Origin: Phoronis australis
Lineage: Eukaryota > Animalia > Phoronida
Assembly: GCA_002633005.1 (NCBI GenBank)
Contig: NMRA01000817.1
Span: 89,560 to 133,244 of the forward strand
Reading direction: 5' to 3'
DNA: 43,685 nucleotides
Position 1 is the first letter of the stretch; the number at the start of each line of letters is the position of its first letter. Both the position numbers and the translations under genes were made by a program. A model generated the notes under the pieces. That model searched no databases. It was not told where the DNA came from and saw only the letters and a list, made by a program, of their open reading frames with translations. This document shows positions 22,074 to 34,070 of this stretch, piece after piece.

Positions 22074-25000
22074 NNNNNNNNNNNNNNNNNNNNNNNNNNN
22101 NNNNNNNNNNNNNNNNNNNNNNNNNNNNNNNNNNNNNNNNNNNNNNNNNNNNNNNNNNNNNNNNNNNNNNNNNNNNNNNNNNNNNNNNNNNNNNNNNNNN
22201 NNNNNNNNNNNNNNNNNNNNNNNNNNNNNNNNNNNNNNNNNNNNNNNNNNNNNNNNNNNNNNNNNNNNNNNNNNNNNNNNNCTCTCTCTCTCTCTCTCTC
22301 TCTCTCGGGGAGCTATCGAATAAAAAACTCGTATTCCACTCAACAATCATAACACAAAATCCGTTTGGTAAATTCATGTTTACTTAAAAAATACTTACAG
22401 TATTCCTTGGTCGATATCAAAGACGTAGAGGCTAGAGTAATCTGCCCCGTTTACCACGTAGGTCATGCCATCAGGGGAGACAAACCCTTTGTAGGGAAAT
22501 GCTGTTTTTTGGACGCTGACATTAATAGGTATGTTTCTGATAGTTGACAGTGAATCGAGATCACGTAGTTCTACCCTCTCTACAACACAAAACATTGACG
22601 TAAAACAACGTGCTTTGTGTAGAACCTGCCTACCACTCACGGGAAAGTAGTTCTTCGTACAGCCTCTAACCAGTTTACATATGGGTAATCACTTTCATTT
22701 TGCGACCATGCACAGGACAGGAATACTTTTTGCAAAATGAAAAACTGCAAGTGAAGTGTGTTGTATAGCATGCGGGCACCCGGGGGGGTCCGGGGGGTCT
22801 CGAACGAGCCCCCCCCCCTCCCCCATTTGGCGAAGTGGGCAAAAAAGTACGCCCCTTAGAAACGAAAAGTCCGAGAAAACGAGACAAAAGTCCACTAAAT
22901 AAGCACAAACGCGCAATTCACAGTGAAGCCCCCGTTTTTGTTTTTTTTAGTCTGCCCGTTTTTTTGTTACCCAAAAAGTCCGCAATGCCAGGAATTCGAG
23001 CCCCCCTATATTGAAGGCTGGGTGCGCGCATGTATACAGTTGTTACTTTGAAGGAATGAAACACACTGTCATATAATTATACATCCAAGACTGGAGTGAA
23101 CTAATTTAAATCAAAATCTTCATTAACTTGTTTTACAATTCCCGACTATTACCCATATATAGAAGCTAGAGTGCGCTGGCATGTGAAACCTACTTCGGCA
23201 AAAGGCTGACCAGGCAACCAGGAATAACATTGCCATCAACAGAAACGGTAGACAAGCATTGTAATTCACACGAACTTGCCAGCCATTTAGATTGACGTGA
23301 AGATATGAATTTTCTTTAATTCGAAAGTTCTCTATTTGACAGTCATCAGTTTTCAAATCAATATTTCCCTACAACATAACAGTTCCGCTTACAACAATCA
23401 TTGCAAGAGGTTATTACCGTTCCCAAATATCATTACGACGCTGTTCAGTTGTTTGGAAAAGCCCAGTAAGGACACACCGGCCGACTCATCAAGTTCTGTG
23501 GCTTTACCTGTCACGAGAGACGAAAATCAACATAAATGGTAAACGTAGATCACAAACAATGAAACCAAAGGCAACTTGTCAACTCGCCTTAAGGCGTTAC
23601 CCTACAAACGTTTCTTTGACAAAGGCAATTGCAGGTAATTGAGAAGAGGATTGGAATTCATATTTTTTAAAATGTACCCGGCGTCATCACCTTTTGAAAG
23701 ATATTAAATCTGGTTTTGACTTATTAACAGATGTCAACGACGACTTTCCCATCCAGTTCTCTCAAGCAAAATTACCTTCTTTAATCCTCGTCGACACGCA
23801 AATGCTCGGAAAATTCCTTAGCAAGTTTGCTAAACAGGCAAGCGTGACCTGCATGTACGCTTGTTGCGCATTCACCATAAGATACATTCTGTGTTTTTAG
23901 TTGAATCCTGCTTTTATCACCCAAGTGTAACGTCAACGGTGCATCAACAAGAAACAGAACGAGTAGTAGTAGAAATTGCCAAAACATGGCTTAGTGATAT
24001 CGTTCTCAAGTAAGATATAGATTCTTGTTGATCGGATTAGCTCAGAAATCATTTCAATGCGAGTAAGAAAAACGTCGAGGTGAGTTAAATAGTGCTAAGT
24101 GGTCTAATTCAAGTTAGTATTCAATAGAGGGCAGGTTTGTAACAATTTAAGATAAAACGCGTGCCTCGATTTTCACTAATATCAATGCTAATGATTTTCA
24201 CCGAGAAAAAGTAAAGTTCCAATGGAAAAAAACACAAATTCAATGTTAGAGTAATTTACCCGCTAGTGTGTTCCAGAGATGTACACTGGCTGAGTTGTAG
24301 TCGACGAATGTTATGTAAGTTCCGTCAGGATGTGTAACGACTCCAGTGTGCGCCGTGATGGCGGCCGACCCCTGGTGGTTAGGCGCGGACTTGAGCTGTT
24401 TCTTCGTCTTATGCATGGACGAGAGAAAACTGAGTGTTAAAAAGGAGGACGAGTGAGGCAATGTGGTGTCAAATCAATCAGTTACTGAAATTTTCAGAAA
24501 TCGTCTACAGTAGGCGCCACTGTTCATCATTGTTCAGTTCAAACGTTTATCCTAAAACATTTTCCAGTGCTTCCCAACACAACACTTGAAACCCTGTGAA
24601 ATGAGGTCGAATCATGTCTGATTACTCACAACGACGACGTCTATGAGAAAGTTTTGCCATAGTCACTTCTACAACAGTGTCTGAATCGCTTACAATTTGT
24701 GTCAGAGATACAAGCAGAATGATTCCACTGAAGAGTGGACTTTAACATAACCCTGCATTTTACCAAAACTCGTTGGTATGATTAACCATGTACCTGTAGG
24801 TTCTACAATATGTACCTGTAGGTTCTACAATATGTACCTGTAGGCTCTACAATATGTACCTGTAGGTTCTACAATATGTACCTGTAGGTTCCACAATATG
24901 TACCTGTAGGTTCCACAATATGTACCTGTAGGTTCTACAATATCTACCTGCACGTTCCACAATATGTACCTGTAGGCTCTACAATGTGTACGTGTAGGTT

Positions 25001-28000
25001 CCACAATATGTACCTGTAGGTTCCACAAGATCAAGTCCTTATAATTGTCATCTTTTCCGTCCTTTGGAACCATGATCGCCAACATTCCGTTTCGTGACAC
25101 ACGAACACCAGCTAACTCTTGCTTGCCGCTTGAAAATGACTCACATGTACCTAAAGATGACAAGTGGTCATAAAATGTAAGCAGGAAGTTGCCAAATTCT
25201 GTCTGTGTGGATGCATTCGTTGACCATTGAGCAAACATGAGAGCAAGTGTGAGTCGAACCAAAAACAAATGTTGCAGACTGCAGCACCACAGCAATCAGA
25301 GTGTTTACGGAAACAATTTTGGACATACAGTGTACCTTGCACTTCATTTGTGACAGTCCATGAAAATACACTTATTCGCAGTTAAAAATCTATTTCCAAG
25401 CAGTGTTCGACCTTCAGCAAATAAATATGCTGGCCTGCCGATCCACTTATGAGACCACATCCACATAGGGCCTATATGTGATGATTTACTGACCCAGCCG
25501 CAAGCCCACCTGGACCACTGGGCCAGCGTGTATTTCGAACGCTGTTTCGAAACACCTGATACAACAGGGAGAAGGCCGAAGATACGCATGACCAGTGAAG
25601 GCATGACCTCCTAGTCGTTTGGACTAACAGATATAAGTTATCAGACGTAGTTGAAAATTGTGTGTTTCCACTGTTCGAGGAGGGATCTTCGTTACTTCTA
25701 AAAATTGCATGTCTTTCCAAACGTCCCATCGCGGGCACACATAATATATCAATAATTGACGTCACGAACCTGTGTTAGTATCCCAGACGTCCACTTGCCC
25801 CTTTTTGGACAAACTTGGACAGATAAAGTGGTGGCTGTCTACGACATCGAACCTGAAAAAGCGTAAGTATAGGTGACTTTATCTGCAGAGATGACGCCAT
25901 CTTGGATGTAGCCAAATATACACAACACTATACAGAATTAATAGTAAAAATTGTGTGTATTTATTGTGTGTACTGAAATGGGCCACGTGACTATATATGC
26001 ACATACATGAATCTTTCTAAAAAATTGACAAAACAGAAAGGTACATTCATAGCAAAACAATGGAATCAATACTTTGACAAAATTCCATTTGAAATAAAGG
26101 TTTATGATGAATTCTAAAACCCACTAAAATACCATGTAGCTTTAGTTCTATGCATTATGAAAATAAAAAAGTCTTTATTTTAATTGCCTTTGTATAGAAG
26201 TGGTATCAGTTACAATCAGTATTACTAACAGCGTTCTGTAGAGCAGTGCATGGATTATCGTCAAAATTCTCTTAGAATTAATGTCCAGAAATAGTTGTTA
26301 GTAAGACGGAATTTGGGACTTAAGTCTTATTTTGTGAAAGAGGTCACAATCACACATCTCGCGGGAACATGCACGGTACAAAATTGTGACCAGTTTGGTC
26401 ACCAGCACATATGTGTACAATGCTTGAATCATCTCCAAGAGATTACTATTGTACCTTGGAGAAGCTTCGTTGTCCAATTGATCATCCTTGCTGTAAAGCT
26501 TGCAGGTGTCCAGAACTTTCAAGACGTTTCCATTGACAACGTCGATAACGGCGGGACATTTGCTGGGCAGAACAACCACGGCTTGGGTAGATGACAGAGG
26601 TAGCGACAGTCTGGTATTCACCCCACGTTTACCTGAATTAGACACAGCCAATGCTGAGTAGAGGTTTCCGGGCATATGGTATAGCCGGGAAGTCTTTTAC
26701 CTTTATAAAGTATACTCAAATCCATAAAATTTCATTTATAAAACCACTGCTCTTTTTTTCCTTGCTAAAACAATCGTTAAGATGCAGGTGTATAGCCCAG
26801 TCAAAGTGTTCCTACAACTGGCATGCTGTTGTTAGTGTTGTTCACTAGTCAGTGTAGTCGTATGGACAAGGATACAGAACTTACCTCCTTCCTCTTTCAA
26901 GTTGTTCAATTGTATTCTGCGAGCTTCGCGATTTTCTAAGAAATCCCACACGTGTATACCATACATCGATGTGAACATTATGTAGCGTTGGGTGCCAGGC
27001 ATGACACGAATCTGAAAAAAAGGTAATTAACTAAAATCACATAAAAGTCCCATGTTCTACTTATATTTACATATGAATGGGATTTGAAAGTTGAAATGAA
27101 TTTCAAAAGAATGACAACAAAACTCATGAATCATTGTTGTTTCTCTGGCCTAAAATTACTTTATTAGAAGTCTGGAATCAGGGTCTTTGGTAAGCTTTCT
27201 AGTCACTGGTCAATCATAGCTTCCGTCATTGATGACGCTATACAGTATCTGTTTCAGATACCTTTATTTTGGAATATGGTATTGGGTATATTTTTATTGT
27301 TGAGCAAGGTCAGGATATCGAAATGAGGTCACGCTGATGAAATAATTTCAAAAACGTCAAATCATGCAAAATGTAATCGCCTTCATATTTTGAAAGTTTG
27401 TTGGAGGTCTGAGACCACATGACGCCCAGCCAAAAAACCGTAATTTAATGGGTCGGAGAGTTATTATAACGAACTCAATGAGCCAACCGCCCTCTATGGG
27501 CGGTCTACGTAGCATGATTTATACCGTGTACACGTTGTCCATGTATTCTTGCATCAGATTCCCGGTGTCCGCATCATCCACGTTGACGTAGTCGACACAT
27601 ATCCAATTATTGGTGTCGGTTTTCGCGACGGCACTCTCGGAAAACACCGCCTGGAAACGAGAATGGTGTTCATCTGTACAGTATCGTTAAACACGTATGT
27701 AGTGAAAAGCGAGCCGGCTTATGGACGCAAACATGTCAACCCATTCCCATGCAAGCTTTTATGTCATTTTTTGCAGCTACTCCGTAGCGCCCTTTGCGTA
27801 ACTGCTACGCTTTTTGAAGCTGCAGCAAACCATATCACAAGACATTTTTTTCTAAAAATCTTGCCACGGTTGTCAGGAGTTGTTGGTATGATTCTCAAAA
27901 ATCTTAGCAAGGCCATTTTCGGAAAAATTTGACAAGACTTTTAAAAAATCGTGTTAGATTTCAAATTTTTCGTCACTTTGAAGTTGAAAATGCAGCTTTT

Positions 28001-31000
28001 TGATTTTCACCGCTTATGTGGGGAAATATGAGTTCCAAACCTATCACAAACGGATAAACTTCACATATTTCAGGTAAATAGTATTGGTATAGTGTGAAAT
28101 TAGAGTATGGTAATCACTGTTCCATTCATCACGTGCTGCATGCGCCTCGCGCATCAAATTCGGTTGACATGAAACGCTTTTCATAAAGACAACATTAAAG
28201 TGCGATTTACACGACAATAGTTTATCAGAGTGTAAATTGGGAGTGCGGCTTGCAAAGGTTATTGACGAAAACTGGGATGGTAAGGGTAAAAATGGTAGAC
28301 ATGAATTAGAACGTCCACGCCCAATTTTTCTTCATTATCACAAGAAATCTTAACAAATGGGAAAGCAAAAACAGCCATGTTCGTGTAAATGCTTATTTCA
28401 ACACCATTTGTTAGTGAAAACAATGCCTGATCCTGTGGACCATTACTGAGATCGCACCATGCTGTTCGAATGCGAATTCACAAAAATTAGACAAAAGTAA
28501 ACACCGACTTGGGAAGAAGCAACCGATAATAATAGCCACCTAGTTTTAAAAATATACCTTTATACTTAGGATAATTCGTGTAGCGCTCAAACACTAAGAA
28601 ATGCGTTACCATAGCAAAAAGATAACCAGTAAAGTCCAGTTTATTGGTGGCTGTTCCGTCATTTAAGTCAAGTAGCAGAAGCTTGCAGTAGACGTCTATG
28701 AATATCTTGTCCTTACCAGGGACTGGGAAGTGTTTCTCAAAGCCTAAAACATGAACAATACCGTCATGATAAAAGTCTCGAGGTATTTAGGGTATGCATA
28801 TCCTGGATGACTGTCTAGTCAACGATGACCATATTTTCTGCAAAGTGACCTGATAGTTTCATATGAATTAATATCTACTTGCGCTTAACAAATAGTTCCC
28901 CGTTGTATTCGAACGTTTAGAGGTGACGTGTCTGGCGCTGATATGACGTAATTCGTAATCCAAAATAGGAATAGAAGTGCACAGTCATATCAAATTGCCA
29001 AAAATCTTACAAGTCTTGTATATTTTTCCGACTACGGGAGCATATTATCACTTCAGACATTTGCAAAACAATGTGTTTAGGTAACGGTTAATCAGTCTAA
29101 AGTGCTTAGAAATTCACAGTGCTACATAAAATGTGGTCTAGGTGTAAATGCTTCTTAATTTTGGCAAATTAATCATTTTATTTGACTGGGTACAAAACGT
29201 CAAAATGACACCAAAGAAGCTCATACGCCGCACCACGCATTACGTCATCAATTATTTACAACGTGTCAATCAACCTCAGCTAGTAACTCACGCAAATTGG
29301 AAGGGTGAAACACGGTAAGAATTATATTTTGGTTATCGAATCGGCCTACCTGTAAAGTACTGATGGCTTATTTGAGGCAAATCTTTCAAAAACGTCCCGG
29401 TGTTTATGTCGAAACTTTTCAAGTTTGAAAATAGTTTTCCACCATTCTTCAATCCAGGGATCTCGTCCTTGTTGTACGTTTCACACAGTATGATACCAGA
29501 GTCGACTATACTGACTAAAGCCACCATATTCTTAGTGAATTTGTCATCACAGATCTTCAGGTGTGCTGTAAAAGCTTTAGCATCCAAGTCGTAGACATGC
29601 AGTATTCCTGATCCTCTACGCCGGAATGCAAACTTCTTTCCACTCCCTAAAATTGAAATCGGTTCGAAATCCACATCCGATTCTTTCAGATATGTTCTCA
29701 CTCACTATCAACGATCATAACGTATTCAAGAAGACAAAAAGGAGAAAATATAACAAGGCTAAGCTGAAGTCAGTTGAATTGCCAACATTGCAAACAGAAG
29801 GGCGGTTGGATAGAGATGGTAGCTACATGCGCCCATACAAGAAAACGCGGTGCGTGACACAAGCAAAAATTGTCCATGGGGAACGAAAGTGTTAATTGGC
29901 TCGCCATTGACTCACCAACAAGAGAACTTTCGTCATTTTCATGAGGTGAAAGACCTTTTTCTGTTGGATAGTCAACTTCAAATACCTACAAACAGATAAG
30001 AACTGCAATATGAACATGAAATTAACCCACTGCAATCTGTTGCTGCAGCCAATGATAACGAGATATTTGAATTCATTTTGTCCATTCACTGACCAGAGAC
30101 CGTTGGATCCAGATTGGACGCTGAAGTCGTAGGATTCTATCCCCTGCTACACCGCCCCACCGATTTCGACCCACGAAAACAGTTGACACAGGAAGTGAAC
30201 TCAGAAAAAGCATACTCACAAGGACAAGCAGTGGCGGCCAGGCTTAGTCAAACTCTGCCTTTCAGTTTTAACTCTCTCACAAACTTGTGTACAAGGTCAG
30301 TTTATATATACTTTTTGAACAGCAGTCTCGTCCCCAAGCTCCAAGATGGCGCTCTGATCGGTTAGCTCAAATATCTAAATCGATTAAAGTACTCTTGAGG
30401 CTTGTGGACGAGGCTGTCTGATCTGTTGTAAACATTTTAAGAATGGTCAGCACCCAACCTACGGCTAAGCCATCTGGTGACCCAACCATTGTAGTTGCCG
30501 GTAAGTCCGAAAAGACTGCAGCTTCTGCCCCGATTGGGACTCCATCCCGTAACCGCGTAGACTCCATCGGGACCACCAGTCGAAAAATATCATGCATTAA
30601 TGTTACTAAACATCATGTATAACCTACAGCTCAGTCAAAATAAAGCAGTGCTGTTAAGTGTCACAAAATAAGATTAAGCTGTAGTGAAGCCGCTTGCATC
30701 AATATAAAAAGGCTGACACATACCACTTTCCTGTTCACAATGTCGACTACGCAAACTTTGTCCGCGGTCAAAGCTGCTACCCATTTCTGACCATTCAACC
30801 TGCAAAGTGGGTGTCTCTTCTCGTGCTCGTCTTCCTTCATTTTGCCAATCTGTGTCAGATTGATCCATGCATTACATTGATACCTAAGTTGCGATTTCAT
30901 GGAGATAACACATACAGTACCATTATCCAATTTAGGTAAACTTTAGTTACTGTAGGCCTGCGTGACATTTTTTATGTAAGAGCCATCAAAGTTTGCTGTA

Positions 31001-32886
31001 TGACGTGAAGTCTTGTCTAGATTGCCATATTAGTTACATGATATACGTACGTCTCCACTAGTAGAAACTTGGCAATGACACAGAAAAATAAATACCACAA
31101 CCAGTAACAATTTGAAAAACTACCAGGAAATATTTCGGGACTGTAGTACATCATTTGAAGATGCAAAGAATGTGCACAGAATACGCAGTTTGCTAGCTTC
31201 CCTCCATCTGTGTTTTTGCTCAGTGTAACGGGATTCAGTCTGCATAACTAAAGTACATTCAGTCACCAAGTCACCGACTTATGGCGTCATTCAAAATGGA
31301 TTAATCTCCTAATGTGTCACGATTATTTCTGAACCACTACAAAACTATTTTTAAGACTGTTCAACCAAGAGTTTGGCTTTTGCTGGTTACATTACCGTTA
31401 ATCTATAGACTATGTCTTTGGCAAATAGATTCCAGACAACCAAGTCACATTTTTCACTGGTTTGGAAGTAGTCCAAGCTAGTCATGGCGACCCATTGGTC
31501 ATTGTTACACAGTATGGCGCCATTGGCGATGTATGTGACGTCATCTTGGCAAGTAAATTTCTTGACAAGTTTCCCATTTGAAACCTTCCAAACGTAAATG
31601 ACCATTTGATGAAGATGAGCTGAAAACAGTACGACGGTAGTATTGCGTCAAAAATGACCTGTCTAAAGAGGAACCTTATTTGGAAAGATTTTAATTAATT
31701 TGGCACATTTTACTTACAAAAATGGAGATATTAGCTTTAAAGTACTCAAGACAAGAATCGTCAAAAGGTAGCGCATACTGGAAAGATTTGTCAGACTGTG
31801 GAATAACTGCATTGGAAATAAATCCAATAACTTTCAATGCAATCATGACTAATCATTATTGTATGATCTCGGTAAATAAAACTTCTGCGTTTAATCAAGT
31901 TTTTTAATAGAATGACTAAACTGGTGAAAATATGATTAATTCAGATCCAAGAATATGATAAAATTTTGAGTGATTCAACAAGACGTACCTTAACAAAACG
32001 TTAGGAAAGGGGTCAATACATACCGCCCACCATGTAGTCTTGTTTAGCGGTCAACATCAGTTCATTCAGCGGAGTCTCAATCCCGGCGTAACGCATCTCC
32101 ACTGGCCCATCGCCCGGCTTTAGGTATCCTAGCAAAAACAATCAATTGCCGTAATTTACTACGAAAATACATCTTGTGAAATGTCACGGTAGGTTTCGAG
32201 GAGAATTGCTGTACTGGTATCACTTGAAGAAAACTGGCCTTAAAAATCCAACCCAGCTTTAAAGTCTTTGACTATCCGCAAGGCAGTGCATATGTCAATG
32301 ATTTATCCTTTCAGAATCATGTTTTGGTAACACTTTTTTCATACGCCACTTCAGGTGGGCTGTGGGCAAGCTATTTTAAAAGGTCGAAGCGGGTACTTTT
32401 CTTCCAAAATCGTGATTGGACGCCCTTTGGACGCCGTGCATTGAAGTAGCCAATCACGCATATCGAGAGATTTACTGCAACACAGGCCACAGTCATATCC
32501 GGAAAGCTGCAACAGTAAATGTAATTTCCATATCAAATCTAACAGTACGGAATATCATTAGTTTCAAAATATCCGTTTACGTCTTCATTGTTGGAACGAC
32601 CACTTTGTCCAAACCGTCAAAAACTAGTCATATCCTTGAATTGCACTCACCCTGAGAGACTATCAGACCAGTATGGTTGGGTGCCTTTGCTTGCCTCAAT
32701 AATTCCTGAATGTGTGGGTATTCTTCAATTTTCTGACTGGCCATCAGCCGACCGACCAATTGACAGTTCAGCTGACCACTGTCCATGATCAGAGCAGGCC
32801 GACACAACGGGAGAGTCTTGTGTAGTAGCTTCATCTCGCTGTCACTCAGATTGTGGTCTTCAGCAAACTGCAAGTCATCGATGATA
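21500..32886 (-). CDS. Multi-exon WD40 beta-propeller protein resembling the post-NACHT half of NACHT-and-WD-repeat (NWD-like) proteins; 5' end not found; ~825 aa reconstructed
   Basis: Phase-consistent GT-AG exons: 32886-32651, 32128-32024, 31619-31396, 30849-30724, 29985-29916, ~29682-29350, 28743-28610, 27650-27525, 27011-26885, ~26653-26455, 25852-25770, 25150-25014, 24407-24260, 23507-23418, 22579-22399, 21874-21736, 21520-21500 (last exon tentative). Motifs: QLNCQLVGRL...HIQELLRQA...GYLKPGDGP (NWD-like linker) and WD-like IYVWKVSNGKL, LVVWNL, LHVYDL, IHVWDF, VDVWDTNTG, LILWNLQ, VHLWNTLAG, VSPDGMTYVV...LYVFDI. Confidence 0.75.
22029..22306. repeat. (CT)n microsatellite containing an assembly gap (N 22074-22281)
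   Basis: CT dinucleotide runs on both sides of the N block, inside an intron of the WD40 gene. Confidence 0.97.
22769..23032 (+). mobile_element. MITE family A, copy 1
   Basis: TIR CATGCG(G/C)GCACCC ... GGGTGCGCGCATG; colinear with 36142-36391; flanks TATAG / TATAC. Confidence 0.85.
24788..25028. repeat. 22-bp minisatellite, 11 copies, spanning an exon-intron junction
   Basis: Unit TATGTACCTGTAGGTTCyACAA with exact 22-bp period; on the - strand it reads TTGTrGAACCTACAG|GTACATA. Confidence 0.95.
27259..27332 (+). repeat. Dispersed repeat fragment, second copy at ~39570-39650
   Basis: Shared CCTT(T)ATTT(T)GGAATATGG...TATTT.T..TTGAGCAA(A)GGTCA.GA in introns of two different genes. Confidence 0.5.
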
Positions 32887-33072
32887 CTGCGAATAGCAAA
32901 CGGGAACATTAACAACGCCGTGGTCTTCAGCAAACTGCATGTCATCTATGATACAGCGAATAGCAATCAAGGGGAACATTGACAACCGTGACGTCGTGGT
33001 TTTCAGCAAACTGCAGATCATTAATGATACCGCGAATAGCAAAGGCGAACATTAACAACGTCGTGGTCTTCA
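32853..33072. repeat. 67-76-bp tandem triplication of an intron-exon (acceptor) junction
   Basis: Units begin GTGGTyTTCA at 32853, 32920, 32996 and 33063 (partial). Confidence 0.9.
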
Positions 33073-34070
33073 TCATCATGGATCCACACACCTTTACAAA
33101 ACTTTGAAATAAGAAACGTCATGCCTATCTAACAGGTAAAGTACTCAGGTGAAAGCATTATAGATCGAATTAGAAAAATACAACTTGGGCAGGTCACGTT
33201 ATGTGATCTGTTACTGCAGACGCAATCATTCATATTGCCTGTGTATATTAAGTATTGTTTCCTGTTGTACTCATTTTCAAGTACNCCAGCCATTTTCAGC
33301 TTACAACACACTAAACAATCCCTAAATCCAACGTAGTTTAGTTCTCTACTAACCTATCTTGCCGCAGAATACTCGCCGATGGAAAGTGGTGGCGACAATT
33401 GTTGAAAACAGCACAAAACAAAAATAGAATAAAACAGATTCGCATGGTAAACTCAACGCAAAACCACTCCGAAAATGCGAAACCACTATTTTCTGGAATT
33501 AACATTTCTTGAACACTAATTAGGCATCGATTTGTCTGAACAACAGACCACATTTACGCTTCATCCATCAGTCAAGCCAATTTGTTTGCGTAAAGCGCTA
33601 CCTGTTGAGAATTTGACCAGCCAATCAGAAACGACGGTGTAAAAAAACATTAGAGAGGAATATTTTTTACTCTGCGCGTGCAAGCGCAGAATTTTATTAT
33701 ACATGCGTGTGTTCTCTACCTCTAAACTTCCAAGATCAAATTGAAAGTGGACTCTTCTTGAAAGAAAGTTTCTTTATAAATTTTAATCCTTTACACCTAA
33801 AATCTTTTAAAATACAGAATTGCCAACATGGATTGGCATGTGTTGCAGTGCAAAAGAAATCGTTAATAGTCAGATCACATTTAATTATTGTGACTTACAT
33901 GTGTTAATGTCACTATGTACTTGGAAATATGTAACAATGAGAACCACAATAAACAACAGTTAGATTAATAAATAAACACATAATCGACTTATAACTTAAA
34001 ATTACAAGTCGTGAACTGTGCGGACAAGTTCCTTGAGTATCTTTGCATAGTCATATCTGCAGTAACACGT

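Noticed and set aside
21997-22377. LSLS / ERER ORFs
   Set aside because: Artefacts of the (CT)n tract and the N gap.
22675-22916. Similar short ORFs here and at 36089-36410 suggesting a gene family
   Set aside because: Both are translations of MITE family A copies.
25151-25765. Extra WD-like exons (HAGPVVQ, LISGSAGQHIYLL) in three overlapping ORFs
   Set aside because: They need a 38-nt intron or frameshifts, whereas exon 25770 splices directly in phase to 25150 and gives a good WD junction (VWDTNTG-TCESF).
28250-28462. Additional exon of the WD40 gene (open frame WCDLSNG...)
   Set aside because: Its best acceptor is phase 1, while 28610 joins 27650 directly in phase 0; no clear donor.
33030-33079. 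Signal-peptide-like start MMMKTTTLLMFAFAIRG for the WD40 gene
   Set aside because: It derives from the duplicated intron pyrimidine tract and hits a stop in the next repeat unit.
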